Assembly (NCBI RefSeq): GCF_018977255.1
Contig: NW_024704743.1
Location: forward strand, 49,478,001-49,542,000
Length of the DNA stretch: 64,000 bases
Reading direction: 5' to 3'
DNA from: Callorhinchus milii
Lineage: Eukaryota
The notes below the pieces were generated by a model. The model saw nothing but the letters and a program-made list of their open reading frames with translations. It did no database searches and had not been told where the DNA came from. The translations under genes were made by a program, and so were the position numbers. Below, piece by piece: positions 26,945 through 41,319 of the stretch (the first letter of the stretch is position 1; each line of letters begins with the position of its first letter).

Positions 26945-27110
26945 CGATAATAGTCCTCGCGTTCGCGGTTGCGCCTCTCGAGACGTCTCCAGGCGCTTCG
27001 CAGGAGATGGGGTGCAAAGTGAATCGGCTGCATGCTTTGTGGGCGAAACGCGGCGGCCAGTTGCGCACAGCAGCGACCCACAAGCAGTCGTGGATTGAGT
27101 GACCCAAATT
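26945..27110 (-). mobile_element. SINE 3' half, strongly GC-shifted
   Basis: Collinear with the long-form SINE tail and core (gagacgtctc..gcgcttc..aaagtgaat..tgtgggcgaaacgcggc..gcgcacagcag..gtcgtggattgagtgacc). Confidence 0.8.
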
Positions 27111-27354
27111 TAAAATACAGATTTACACCCATTTTGTATTTGCTGTACTTCACACATCGGGTCGGCAGAAATCGCACCTGCATCGAGATTTGCTCTATTA
27201 ACTTAACATTTCAGAGCAAACAAAAATGGGCGTCAAAGTTAAAACTGAATTCAACAATTTGCCAAATTCTGCGCGCTCTGAACTGCTGCATTGACAAGAG
27301 TAAATCTAGATCGAGGTGGAATTTCTACCCATTCATCTATCATTTCATATAAAG

Positions 27355-27905
27355 TGTCGGTCTCCCCAACTCCTCCCTCCAATAGGCTGCAGATCATCCA
27401 GAACTCTGCAGCCCGTGTCCTGTCCCGCACCAGGCTCCGTGACCCTATCACCCCCATCCTCACCCAACTCCACTGGCTTCCCATCACCCAGAGATACAGT
27501 TCAAGATCCTGGTCCTCACCTTCAAATCTCTCCATGGCCTTGCACCCCCCTACCTCTGAGACCTTCGAACCCCCTACCACCTGCCGCTCCCTCCACTCAG
27601 CGGGCTCCGGCCTGCTTCACATACCCTGCCTCGCCCGCCCCACCATTGGTGGGTGGGCTTTCAGGCCCCGTACCCCCACCATCTGGAACTCCATCCCGCA
27701 GTGCCTCGCCTCATCCCCTCCCTTGCCTCCTTCAAGACCCATCTCAAGACCTCCTCTTCGACCATGTTTTCGATCACCCTCCTTTCTCCCCTGCCCTCCA
27801 CCCTCCCCAATCCCAACCCCCAGCTCGGGTCAGAAACACTGACTGTCCAGCTCCTTGGGACGTCCTCCTGACGTGAAAGGCGCTATACCAATGTAATTTT
27901 GTTGT
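27355..27905 (+). mobile_element. L2 LINE 3' end
   Basis: RLQIIQNSAARVLSRTRLRDPITPILTQLHWLPITQR; tail gggacgtcctcctgacgtgaaaggcgctata..(gtt). Confidence 0.9.
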
Positions 27906-28599
27906 TAATGTATACATTCCTATGAATTCCGAAGAGATTCTCCATCATATTGGAGGAAAAAGGAGTCAGTCGAGTTGTGGGTTTGCATCTGGGAATAAAT
28001 GATACAGTACTATAGTGTGAACAACTAAAGAAATAATTTGTGGGGCGATGGTATCTGGGCCGCTTTCGGTATGCTATAAAAGACTTGAAATACCAGGATT
28101 ATCGACTTCAATGATTGATTAGGTGATCTTTGTGCAGGAGGAATTGAGTTTGTAAAGACTGGGATTGTTTGAGGTGGAGGAACATTTATGAGAATTGTTT
28201 TGGGTCATCTGGGTATCTGACATACATGAAAATCTATCACCATGTCTAAAACTATTGAGAAACCCAGAGATGCATGGAAATTTCTGTTTGTGTGGAATGA
28301 AGGGTACTCTCCCCTTAACCCTGGCCCCTCCACTTCATGGTGGGATGCACCATGCTAACCTAATCCCAGAAAGTAATAGCGCAGGGTGGCAAGAACCAGG
28401 GCTTGGGTACCTTGCATTGTGCTGAAGTTCGAACAGTTAAAACCATGCTGCTTACCAAGTGGACACTGACTAATACGCTTCCCTACAACTAGCATTTATA
28501 TCACACGGGGCAGCGTCTCGGAGAGTTTAGGGCAGGCTTAGGGCTGGGGGCAGCTCAGGGTTGTCAATGGAAGATAAAGAAGAGATTAGAAGAAAATTG

Positions 28600-29140
28600 A
28601 CAATCAGAAGAAGTGCCACATGAGAGACTCATGGCTAAAATCAGTGCATATGGAATCATGGGAGAGGTACTGTAGCAGAATGGATTGAAGAATGATTAGT
28701 CAACTGAAAGCAAAGGGTAGGAGTTAAGGGCATCTTCTCAGACTGGGAAGACGTAAGAAGTGATATTCCACAAGGATTCATGTTAGGACTGCTAATTCAC
28801 CATATGTGTAAATCATTTGGATTCAGGTATTAAAGTTTGCAGATGAGTCCAAACTGGGGGGGCATAGTAAATAGTGAAGAGGATTGCAGGAAGACATAAA
28901 CAGGCTAGCAGAATGGACAGACCAAAGGCAAATTAAGTTGAATGTAGGAAAATGTGAAGTGATTCACTTCAGCAGAAAACATAAAGAAGCCGCCTAAAGT
29001 CTAGATGGTAGCCTTAGAGGAGCAAATAGATCTGTCAAAATAATCCCTAAACCTAGCTACACAGATAGATAATGACTATCAAAAAGATAGTGGTCTTAGG
29101 CTTTATATTTAAAGAGATAGAGGATAGAGTATATAAGTGA
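28600..29140 (+). mobile_element. Old CR1 LINE ORF2 fragment
   Basis: KVPH.RLM.KI.AYGI, FSDWEDVRSDIPQG, KFADESKLGG, LNVGKCEVIHF motifs, degraded. Confidence 0.75.
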
Positions 29141-29204
29141 TGAACTGGGCTAATAGAAAAGTGAGGCAGCAATTTCTCCCTGCAGAATCCACTAAAACAG
29201 ATAC

Positions 29205-29375
29205 CTGCCGCTACAAACATCCCCTCCCCTACACACACACCCCTGCGCTACAAACACCCCCTCCCCTACACACACCCCTCCGCTACAAACACTTCCTCCC
29301 CTTCGAACACCTTCCTCTGCTACCAAAATCCCCTCCCCTTCAAACACCCTCCTCTGCTACAAACACCCACTCCTC
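29205..29375. repeat. C/A-rich minisatellite (GCTACAAACACCCCTCCCC-like)
   Basis: Several diverged tandem units. Confidence 0.7.
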
Positions 29376-30859
29376 TATAAACCTGTAAAAATGCAGCATG
29401 CTTGGCCCCGGGCCTCAGAGTGCTGCTGCTGGCTGTTTACTCGATGACACTACTGTGGACGGAGCAGCTTCAGATGCACATGCGGGGTACGGCGTGAGCG
29501 GGAAATGTGCTTTGCTCATCCTGAGGCCCCGATGTTGGGTTTGTCTGTGTTTCTCCTCTCTATGTATGTGTGTGTGTCTCTCTCTCTCCATGAGAGAATG
29601 TGTGTGTGTCCGTGTCTCTCTCTCTGTCTGTGAGTGCATGTTTCTCTCTGGGTAGAAACATATAGAATATAGAACTGCATAGAACAATTTGGCTCAACTA
29701 CTCCATGTTGGTGTTTAGACTGCATGTGAGCCTCCACTCATACTCATTTTCCTTCCCCATAACCCCCTCTATTTCTTATATAGTTGATTTAAATTGGGAA
29801 GTGACGTTAATATGAGATACAGTTTCTTTAATGTTCTCTTTCCCACCCTTTTGGTAGTGGGCGATCCTTGCGTTGACTTTCATTTTATTAATGAAAATGC
29901 AATTTTTGCATTCTTAAAATCATTTTTAGGCATATGTGTTTTGCTTGCATTACTGGTAGGATGCACAGAGAACTAATTTGCTTACCATTTGGAAATGCAG
30001 TTCAGTTACTTTCGCTCACTTGTGCATTAAACTGATATTAATGTGGCTCCATGAGGTTTTTAGTAAGTTTAATTTCTAGAACAGCCCACACCGAAAGAAC
30101 CGCTTCAGAGCTTGCCATTTGCTGCCTGGTTAGGATTGGATTGCAGCATATTTCAGAGGTCCAAAATTCTATCCTTTTATTATTAAACAAGCTAAATTTC
30201 AAAGATTTTTCCTTGTTTTAAATTAGGTGTTTTCCCCTCACATCAGCTCTGTCCTCTTAATTACAAAGAATAGTAAGATTATATTGACACTTGACTTTCC
30301 AGACGCATAATAATATGCGCAAACTCTTTGTAGTCCCAGCTTCCTCATCTTTTTGCTAGAAGTAGCCAGAGAGTGAATAGCAATGTTTGAAATATAAATA
30401 TTGAAATCGGGGTTCTTAAAGGAAGAGTTAATGACGGTGAGTGGCCTTTGTGTTTTATTTGAAGGAAAGTTTTGCTTTGTTGAGACTCTTCAATTGTGGA
30501 GGAAATAGCCTTTTTCTACCTGAAACACCTGAGGACATTTGCTTCATGGTGTCCAGATGTATTTCAGAGTATGATGCGCATAGGAAATGCTTGTCAATAA
30601 CATACATATTCAGTAACTAAATAGCCTTTCCATTGCACATTTATGACAACAGTGCAACATGTTGACACTATTATCAACGCATTTAAAAAAAAAGCCTGTC
30701 ATGTTTTCTGCCCTAATTTAAGAGGCAATTTGTGTGAACTTCTATCTTTATAAATTGCCCAATTCTTAAATGCTTTAAATTGCTCTGAATTAGTAACTGC
30801 ACTTCAAAACTGTTTTCTAAAAAGACATTTGCTGTAGAATTGTTGTTGTTATTGAGTGC

Positions 30860-31195
30860 TTTAATGGTTAAAGCAGTGAGAGACCCAGGTTCTATTCCAG
30901 GCAGGGCAAAACGTTGGGCAGTTTCCTTACTTCACACGTCTCTACTTACGTAGCAGTAAGTAGGAACCCGGTTGTTAGTCGATTGGTGGATCATTTTTCT
31001 GGGAGTAATAATTCCTTAGAAAAAAAATGGTAACTTCAATCTGTGACTGTTTGTGAGACACTGCTGTGCGCAATTGGCTGCCACGTCTCGCCCACTAAAA
31101 TACAGTCAGTTCACTTAACAGTATATTTTGTGAAGCGTTTTGAAGTGTCTCGAAGACTTGATAAGGTGCTATATCAAATGCGAGGATTCTTTTTA
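30860..31195 (+). mobile_element. tRNA-derived SINE, long form
   Basis: gagacccaggttc..ccaggcagggcaaaacgttgggc head end, long-form internal segment, and tail. Confidence 0.82.
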
Positions 31196-32018
31196 TTTAC
31201 ACAGTTGTCAAGCATTCAGGTAGTCAATTGTCCTGCAGTACTTACTTTCTGTAGCTAGATGTCACTTTTGCACTTTGTAGCTTCTTGAAATGTTTTTTCT
31301 GGAGCAGGAACTCTCAAACTTTGTCATAGTGAGCCTTCCTATTGAGGTAGCCTGAGTCAGGCCGGTGCCTGCCATTAATCTGCAAAAATATACAGTCAAT
31401 TCAATTTGCAGTATATCCTGTGAAGCACTTTGAGATGTCTCGAAGATGTGATAAGGCACGATTATCAAATGCAACGATTATTATTATCCTTATCAATCAA
31501 TCTTGAAGTTACCCTCTTCCCCCTCCCCACCGTTGTTGTAGGGATTGTTGTGGCGGGAAGCATTGTCGCGGGGTTTGGTTGTTAGGGTAGCGGCTTTGCT
31601 AGGATGTAGGGAAACCCGGACTGTTGAGAGATATGCAACTAATCTCTCTGCTGGCACCACACCTCATCAGGGAGGTGAACCCCATAGTTTGAGAAGCTCT
31701 CTCTTCTCTAGAAGATACAGATTATTATAATAATAATAATCCTTGCATTTGATATCCACTTGTGAGAGATACAAGATCTTCAGGCTTTTAAAAAGCCTAA
31801 CCTCAGCAGTGATTAATTTGCAGCGATTAACAATTAAATCTTTAATGAAATGCTAAATAAGTATTTTGATTGATTTTTTAAAAATGCTTCAGGCGAACTT
31901 GCCATTGATTTTGCGAAGCGCTTTGAGCTGTTATTCAGCACTGTATCGTACAGGTGGCGTAGTTGTTTTTTTTCCCTTCAATTTCTTTTCCTTTCTCTTC
32001 TCAAAAGTCCTGATCCTT

Positions 32019-33100
32019 TCATAGAATCATCGAATTATACAGCACAGGACGAAACCATTCGGCCCATCGTGTCTGTGCCGACTCTTTGAAAAGAGCTATC
32101 CAATTCAATCCCACTCCCCCATGCTCTTCCCATAGCCCTGCAAACTTTTCGTCCCCAAATAATTATCTATTTCTCTCTTAAAAGTTATTATCGAATCAGC
32201 TTCCCCAGGCAATGCATTTCAGATCCAAACAACTTGCTTTGTGAAAAAATTTCTTCTCACCTCCCCTGTTTATTTTAAATCGGTGTCCTCGGGTTACCAA
32301 CCCACCCACCAGTGGAAATAGTTTTTTCCTTATTCACCCTATCAAATTCCCTCATAATTTTGAAAACTTCTGTTAAGTCTCTTCTTAACCTTCTCTGCTC
32401 CAAGAAGAATAATCCAAGCTTCTCAGCCTCCCCTCATAACTGAAGTCCCTCATTCCTGGTACAATCCTGGTAAATCTCCTTTGTACCCTCTCCAATGCCT
32501 TGACATCCTTCCTAAAGTGTGGTGCCCAGAACTGAACGCAGTACTCTCGCTGAGGCCCAACCAGTGTTTTATAAAGGTTCATCATAACTTCCTGTCTTTT
32601 GTATTCTGTGCCCCTATTTATAAAGCCTGGTATCCTGTATGCTTTTTTAACAGCTTTATCGACCTGTCCTGCCACCTTCAAAGATTTACCCCCGGGTCCC
32701 TCTGTTCCTTCACCCCCTTTAAGATTGCACCATTTAGCTTATATTGCCTCTCCTCATTCTTCCTCCCAAAATGCATCACTTTGCATTTCTCCACATTTAA
32801 TGTCATCTGCCGCGTGTCTGCACATTTTACCAATCATGTTTATGTCCATTTTCAGTCTGCAACTATCCTCCTCATTGTTTACTACTTTTCCTGGCTTAGT
32901 ATCATCTGCAAACTTGGAAATTGTGCTCCGTATACCCAAGTCCAGGTCATTTATATAGATCAAATACAGCAGTGGTCCCAATAGTGAACCCTGGGGGACA
33001 CCACTGCACACTTCCCTCCAGTCAGAAAAACAACCGTTCACCATCACTCTCTGCTTTCTGTCTCCCAGCCAGTTCTGTATCTATGCTGCCACTGTCCTTG
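32019..33100 (-). mobile_element. CR1 LINE 3' 1.1 kb (RT C-terminus plus 3' UTR)
   Basis: FSDWREVCSGVPQGSLLGPLLYLIYINDLD..KFADDTK; LYKTLVGPQREYCVQFWAPHFRKDVKALERVQRRFTR; (attctatg)-type terminal repeat. Confidence 0.92.
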
Positions 33101-36100
33101 TAGTCTCTTTGTGGGGGCAGCTCTTTTATATTTCCAAATGGCTATTCTTCACGTGTGAACCTGGAAACTTGTGGAAGTAGGGAACTGTGGATGGCATTAC
33201 AGTTGAGGTCAATCCTGGATCACCTGATATCCACACATGCTGATTTTGTATAGTGTCGCTGGATAGCAATCAGAAATATAGCCCTGACTGACATTTCTGC
33301 TTCACAACCAGCCAATTGTAGAGTGAATGTTCTATTCTTTTGCTACCTATAAGAAAATATATGTATCAAAATTGAGGCAAAGTTATATTCATTATGTTGT
33401 ATAAAACAATAACATCACTTAGTTGCTAAGATTGATATTCAGTAGCCTTCCAACAGAAGCTCACCTAATGAATATTCAGTATTTATAGGAAACAATAATT
33501 GTAAGAAAGGATTGTGAAGCAGAAGCATTTATTTCAATTGAATCTGGTATATCACATAATCGGCTTAATTTACTTAATACTTCCTGTCACAACATGCAAT
33601 TAAGTGTAAGATACTGTCTCATTATCTAATTTAACCATTGATCCTGTTTAACATTGCAGCCATGTTTAAATTAAGTTAAGGCTAAAGCTGTGCTTTTTCT
33701 CTTTTTTTAGATAAAAACTTTTTTTTGTACAACCACCAGAGCTATTGGAAAGGTTAGTTAGAAGGGGAATTAAACAGTCAGTGGTTACAACACTAGCAAT
33801 CAAGAAAATCTCTACTTGGAATCTTTCAATGCTAAGTTGAAGTGCTTGATACACTCACTTCAGCTCACATGATGTGCCAGCAGTTTTATTGTATTTTCAG
33901 CTGCTGCTACATAGGGGATTCCACTCTATCTCTCTCTCCCTCTCTCTTTCTATGTGAATTGCTTGAGAGTCTACTGCTATTTTTGCACATCACTCATCTT
34001 TGCAGAGATTAGATTTGGGAAACACTTTATCATGTCCCGATTTTTCAGATTATTCCTAAATGCAATTTGAATTTATTTCTGTACTGTACTGTAATGTGCA
34101 AACTGTTCAAGCCTTTTGGCTCAGGTGAGTTTAGGCTTCTTTCAGTTTTATGCACAGTTGGTAGAAAATTGGATCAGAAAATTGTGAGTTCAAGCCCCGT
34201 TTTGGAATTGAGCTCAAAATCTAGATTGACAATTCAGGTCAGACTGGTGTGGAGTGGGAAGGAATTGATTGTTAACGGTGTCCTTGTTTGTTTGAAACAT
34301 TAAACTGAGATGTATCTGCCTGTTCTTAAAGTGAACAGGAAGGATCCCATGACACTATTGGAAAACAGAAATCCTGGCCAACAATCCTCCATGACTGGAT
34401 GTGGGACTTTGTACAATTGTTTACCTACAAAAATAGTCTCCACACATGACAGTAATTAGCATATCAATATAATAATGTGTTCTAAAACTGCAAATTATTT
34501 TCTTCACTTTCAGTCTGAATGTACTTGTCTCTGCATAGAGGGGCAGAAAAACTTACATGTTAACAGTTGAGTCACCTTATCTAGTTTGGTATATAGTCAA
34601 CCCTGCGCTTAAAAAAACTTATGCTTTTTTCCAAAAAATTATCCAAGTTTCACTTGTTTCAGAAATCATATTGCTGGAGTTTTATCTGACACATAATATT
34701 TTTTTTCCATTGTGGGCAAGTATCACCCAGCTGATTAGTACAGATTAATAGTCTTTTCTGTCATCAGGAGTGGGAGTATTTATTTTGGAAAAAATAGACG
34801 TAAGTAAATCTATGAAAAGTACGTTTGCTATTCTTTGACAGCCTGAAACCATCATGTAAACTTTTCTTTTCATGTGACTTTTTCTTGGGTCAGCATATGC
34901 AGGGTTATTTTCGATACTATCTCAAACACAGCCACCTGGAGCAGCTTGCAGGCTTTCACTAAACATTATTGACTTGCTTGCATGGCTCAGAATGCTAAGT
35001 ACTTTGGCAATGTTAGACCAAGCTGTTCTGAAGTTGCAATTCCTGTTTTCCTGTTTGTGTTTGGAGGTTCATTGAATAGGGAAGAATTCTCGTTTACTCA
35101 TTGAAGTCTTCCTATTATTTGAATAGAACCTATTATTTGAATGGCTTGGTATGACTTGAAGATTCAGTCCACTCATTGTTACTTGGGAGTCTCAATATTG
35201 GCTTCCTTGGTTGAAGAGCTAAGAATCTCGCCCAAAATGAGATTGCTTTGTTCTTAAACAGATCTTGTCATCTCTTTGAATGTACCCACATTTCATTACA
35301 TAGTGTTTCAGAGTCAGCCAGCCTTTTACTGCAGAGTATGTATTGACCTTTGGTGTACGGTAATGAGCCTGGCCTTTTTAACCTTTAGTTTTGAAGTTTG
35401 ACCTTATGTGGAACAAAATATAATTTAAAGCTGCATTGAATGTAGTAAATTATTGTCTTTGAAGGAGTTGCTGGAAGCCATCTGTATTATTTCATTGGAA
35501 CGTAAACCACATATGAGCTTCTTTGAAGAAAAGTAATAGTCATTAAATAGAAATGTATTCTTTCAGCCCATTAGCTTGCAATGGTCAAGCTCATTGCTCT
35601 TAGTTTTGGATGAGAATCTATTTGAAATCTCATTAAATTGGGTTATTAGCAAATTATGTTTTTTTTCCCAAAATAAATTCTGAACTTGAAGCAGACGAGG
35701 TCATTCGAATAACATTTTACATTTTAAAAAATTGACGTTTGAAACAAAAAATGTTTTGATGCTGCTTTATTTTTAAAGAACAAAAATGAATTTCCCTTTT
35801 CTTGTGTTTTTCAAGATTCACGCTGAGGTATGGTTCTATGGGTGACTGGCACTCTGTTGGCAGGTAGGGGGTGGAAAGGGGCGATGACTAGAGGCGCAGT
35901 TGAGGCAGGTTTTAAGGTGGGACTTAATAAGACATAGAGAGGGGGCAAGACGGAGGCACAGAGGGAGGGAGTTCTAGAGGTTAGGGAAGCGGAATTTGAA
36001 ATCTCAGTATTTGTGTCACTGAGAGAGCACTCCAAGCTCAGGTACCCATCCAAAACTGAAGAGCTTTGAGACGTCCTCCCGATATGAAAGGCATGATATA

Positions 36101-39100
36101 AATGTATATTGTATTGTATTCCTTATTGTCTATATCAGTGTGATGGAACTTCCTTAAAGGAACAAGTCTACCCAAAACCAGTGTCCAAATGACAGTAAGT
36201 TAAAGAATATTTGATTTAAAAATAGTTTGAATCTCACACCCAAAATTGTAGATTGACAAAACCACCCAGACACAAGATTTCCTGGAAAAAGTAAAATGTT
36301 AGTAAACTGGTATCTTAGACCCACCTCTTAGATGGGGAATTGTCTGTGGAAGGAAAGGAAAACAGGATCAGAGGAGCCTTTCTGTATATTTAAACAGGCG
36401 TCTGATTGTCTGAGAGTATCTGAAGTATATTTGATTTTCTCCTTATAAAATGCAGTTGCCACACCTTACAGTGAATCCTGTGAAGCGCTTTGAGACATCC
36501 TCCTTATGTGAAAGACATTATATCAAATGTAATAATTATTATCATTATTTATTATGTCTGGAGATGTCCAATGACTAAAGCTTCCCAACCTCCCTCTTGG
36601 AGATAGTATTGGGAGAGCACACATATGGGGAGTAATTGGGGGCTGCATGAGCATTGAGGAAAATAATCCAGGTGGCAACATTTTAAAAAGTGCTTGGGTT
36701 TTCATTGGCCACCATTAATTTGGTGGTGGGATTTATTTGAATTTTAATTTCCCTCATTCATCCACTTATGTTTATGTCTTCATCTTTATTTTATTATGAC
36801 TTACTAGATTCTTACTCTCTGGAATTTTTCTACCAAAATTACATTACAATCTACACTTATATATACCTTTCACATCTGGAGAATGTCTCAAGGTGCTGAC
36901 ATTGCTGATAATTCCCAGCTCCTTGGCTTGCCTTCAAACCTGTCTTAACACCTACACTCTGATTGTGGCTTTGATCAACAGTCTTAAAATGTATTTTCTC
37001 TGCTTCCTGCTGGCTGCTTCCTAGTGTTTCTGGGAAGTGTTTCAAGAGATTCATCCTACTTGAAAGGTTCTATCTAAGTGCAAGTTGTTGCTATGATGTT
37101 TTGTGTTAGCTTATTTACAATATGTTCCTTACCAAGGTACACTAGAGATCCTGAAGTTCAGGCAGATAGAATGTGTACAATTGTATCACTGCAGTGAAAT
37201 AGCATCTATCACTGCAGTGAAATGGGCTCCGGGTGTATAGGAATGTTCAGTAGTTGGTGATGCAGTTTTGAGAAAATGTGGATTCTTGAGAAACTAGGCA
37301 GATTTTTTAAAAATCAAAATTGTTATTGGCAAAATATTCTTAATCCGATACGTGTTTTAAGTGCAATTCAGATACAGTGATATCAATAACAAATAGAAAC
37401 AATTACACACTAATACTTTAATCAACAAAAGTTGTGCTTAACTCTACATTATTAAGAAGCAGATTGGGCCAGTGATCTTTTTAAAGAAATTAAATGTGTC
37501 TTTCAATAAAGTTGTTGATCACATATATAACATGAGCATTTCTGTGACCTTTTTGGCTATCTGGATTGAAGCTTCATAAAGTTCCGTCACTATTTAAACA
37601 CCAGGCCTGCACAAAAGTAATTTGTGCATTGGTTAATTTATGAGCATAGTGGCAGAGGATAGAAAGTTCTCACCGTTTTTCAAAGTTGATTTTGTCTGTT
37701 TTACTGCTGCTGTTTTTACACTAGGCTGGTTTCATGAAGCCAATCGAGAGCACAGAGAATCCATAAAATAAATGCATCCATTTCATCAAGCTCATGCATA
37801 TAAGGCTATAAATGTGATAGGGTCGAGCAATAAAGTCGAACAGTTCTTGGTCTGAATTTTGACTGTTGCTGAGTAATTTTTAAAACTTTTTAAGGCTTGA
37901 AAATGTGTTGATGTTGTTTGACTGAAAAGAACGCTTGATAATCACTGTGTTTGACATAGCAACAGCTCTGACTTGTGTCTGGGTTGCAGTTGTGTTGATG
38001 ATCACTTTAGGGTTGCAAAGAAACAGTTTGGGTTGCGGTATGGATGTGGAAAAGCTCTTTCAGACTTCCTTCATCTTATATTGAAGAAAGTGAAAAAAGC
38101 AACATTGCCAGACAGTTTTTTTTAAAAAGAAAAGAAAAAAGCCCCTGGAAGACAAATGCCTTTTTGCTGGCAAAAACTTTCTTCTATCTCCCATCAAGAA
38201 ATTGTTCAATTGAAGGCAAGTAAATGTCTCAATGCTGTTTCTGTTAATGACTAATAGTGTCCAGGTTTAATATGTGATGTCTTCCTCAAAACATTGTTTG
38301 TGGCGTGTGTGATATACTGTAGACTTAATCTGCATCAAATTTAGTTAAAACTTACTTGATGTATTCTTGCTGTGATGTGAAGCATTTTCAAAAAGGTATT
38401 TAATTAAAGGAACATTAAAGGCTTTATTTAGTCATCCGTGTACTATTGTGCCTTTGGTTGAAAATTTTACATTTTATAACAAAGTCTAGTGTATAAATTG
38501 CAACTTTTGAGGTTATACAGGAAGGGGTCTTTCAAGACAGTTTTTTTTCCAACTTAAGCGTGTTCAATTATTTTCATAATTCTCAAGCATATGCTCCTGG
38601 TCTGACCCCTCTTATTGGGGTAAAGTTCCACAGTTCCTAGTTTCCTTATCTAATATCCCGCCCAGGTTGCTATTGTTTATGTGTGAGCCTTGGCAGTGAG
38701 TTTTAGCAGACCACTCCACTGTAGAGGATGTAACACCAGACTGCCACACGTGTATTACCACTACAACAGCAACAACAAAATTATATTTGTAAAGTGCCTT
38801 TCACGTCGGGTGGACGTCCCAAGGCACTGAACAGTCAGGGATCAGGACCTGAGAGTGGGGGGCAGGGTTGGAATGAGGGAAGGCAGAGAGAGTAGGAGGG
38901 AAGTCACAAAGGAGGGTCTCGAGTCGTGCCTTGAACTAGAGGGTGATGCAGAGGACCAGAGCAGGAACTTGCCTGTTTTACCCTCCCTGACCTGTGGAAG
39001 GACTGGACTAATTTAGCTTCCCCATTCCGGGTGAGACCAACAAACTCAGCAAAGCCCAGGATTTGAACCTGCGACTCTGTTGCTGCAGCTCTGTTCGCTA

Positions 39101-39499
39101 CACTATCCGAGCTACCGCTAAAGTCAGTTATTACCAATTTTTGCCATAAATAGATGGTTGTTTTGGTGAAAGGTCATCAGGAAGAAGCGATTTTCTCAGA
39201 ATTTTTTCAGAATAGTCAGGTTTCTGGAATAAAAGCGCTTTGCTGTCCAGTTAATTAATGCTTAAATCAGATGCTCATAGCTGACCTCTGAACCCTGCGA
39301 CAGTGCATAACTGACCAGTATGGCACTGTATGTACATGATGTGCTTCAGGATATATTCTTGGCGCCCAAGAATGTTACTTGGTGCCAGACTCTCTCGCAT
39401 TTCGTGCTAGCAATCTGAGAGTGAAGGAGCTGTTTGGAGTTGTGCTGTGAAAGACCTTGTCATGTTCTCTGCCTCCTTTTTAAAATATTTTTGCAGAAA

Positions 39500-39945
39500 A
39501 TTCAATAGAATTTACATTTATATTGCGATTTCATGTTGGAAGGATGTCTCAAAATGCTTCACAGTGCTGGATTGGCACCGAGTTGGAGATGGGGAGGACA
39601 AAGAAGACAGAAAGTGCAATCAAAGTTTTGAAAAGTGCTTTGAAAGATGACAGGGAGGGAAGAAGTTGGAGGGACTCTGGGATTGAATTCCAGAGAGTGG
39701 GGTCAGAATGATGGAAAACCCGTCTGCTGATGGTGGGATGGATCGGATGGTAGATATGAAGCAGGCCAGTGCTCACTGAGCAAAGGGAATGGCGTGTCTA
39801 TAGGGTTGGAGCAAGACCTTGGAGGGTATCAAAGGTGAGAATGAGGATCTTAAACTCAGTGGGGGCCAAGCCAATGCAGCCAAGCGAGGATAAGGGTGAC
39901 AGGCTAGTGGAGCCGGATGTGGGAGAGGACATGGGTCACAGGGAA
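39500..39945 (-). mobile_element. Old L2 3' end
   Basis: PTLWNSIPESLQLLPSLSSFKALFKT and an L2 tail stem-loop. Confidence 0.7.
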
Positions 39946-41319
39946 ATATGAAATGCTTTGGTTTCTGTTCGGGAGGTAGAAATACTACCTAACTAGGAAA
40001 TGAAGTTTTGTACAGTGTGGGAATTATTGTCTGTTTTTTGGCTCATCCAGCAGAGGGCCCTGCAGGCTTGCACATTCAATGGTTTAGTTGTCATACTTGG
40101 TTTGTGAAGAATAAAAATAGTGCACAGAACCTCGGGGGAGAGAGAGTGGAAACAAGAGTATGGGAATATACGTACAGTCAAATATCCGGTTAAAAGAGAG
40201 GACAAAAAGGAAGTTGGTATCTCTGAAATAATTCCTGAAAACTTTAATTTGCTCCTATTTAGAAACATTGTGAGCTGCAGACTTTTGACAGCCAGCAGCA
40301 GGTCTCAACAGATCAATTACAGAGAACGATGTAGCACGGAAACAGGCCATTTGGTTCAACTAATCTATGCCTTTGTTTATACTCCACACAAGTCTTCACC
40401 CCCTCTATTCCCCTCTCCCATACCCCTATATTTCCCTCTCCAATACCCTATATTTCCCTCTCCAATACTGCTCTATTTCCCTTATGATGGACACCAACTT
40501 TTGCTTGGACAAAGTGGGTCTGCGATGAGAAGAGGTGAAGCGCATTTTGCTCATTCTTATCTCTCGTCAAGGACAGCAAAGTCCCAATGTGGGTTAAGCT
40601 TGCAGCGTATTAAAACTTATTCAAACACTCCACCTGCATGGTTTTGAACTCCTGGGAATGCAGTAGAGGGGTTTCCTCTGGCCCATTAGATTTCATCTCC
40701 CACCTATCAGCCCATTCTACAAGACTATCTGTGTCTTCCTGCACCTTTTTGCAAACCACTTCATTATTTGCCACCCACAATTTTACTAAAGGTATTTTTC
40801 TAAAAGCTATTTTTCTATGTGGGGGAATAGAATTTAAAAGCTCTGCAAAAAGTGGAGCTATGCACTTCTTGCAGAGTCCCACATACCAACTAACCAAGAC
40901 GTGGAGAATCTTAATTGATGAAGTCTAGTTTTTATATCAGTCAGATTTGAAATTTGGACTCTGGTTTCTGAGGCCACTGTCTCCCTGTAGAACTATGTGG
41001 AACTATATCTCCCTGTGGATTATCAATTATAAAACACTTCGGTCTATCGGTTTCATATTTTGGCACATAGTGAATACAATTTGTGTAGGTAAGTAAGTTT
41101 CAGGCAGGATTTGACCACTGGTCGTCCAGCCAATTGCCCAAAATATTGCTTTGACAAGTCTACCTAGGGGAAGAAATTCCACATGGGTCTAGATTTACTC
41201 TATTTATACAGCAATTTAGAGCATTGAGAATATGGCAAATTTGTAAATACAGTGTTAATTTTCAAACCTTTTCTCTGTATGTTTGTATTAAGAACAACAG
41301 AAAACCTGGTTCAAAGATA

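Noticed and set aside
26945..27110. ADAR/APOBEC hyper-editing as the cause of the skewed SINE
   Set aside because: A->G and T->C occur intermixed on the same strand, whereas editing of a single-stranded intermediate would give one class of change.
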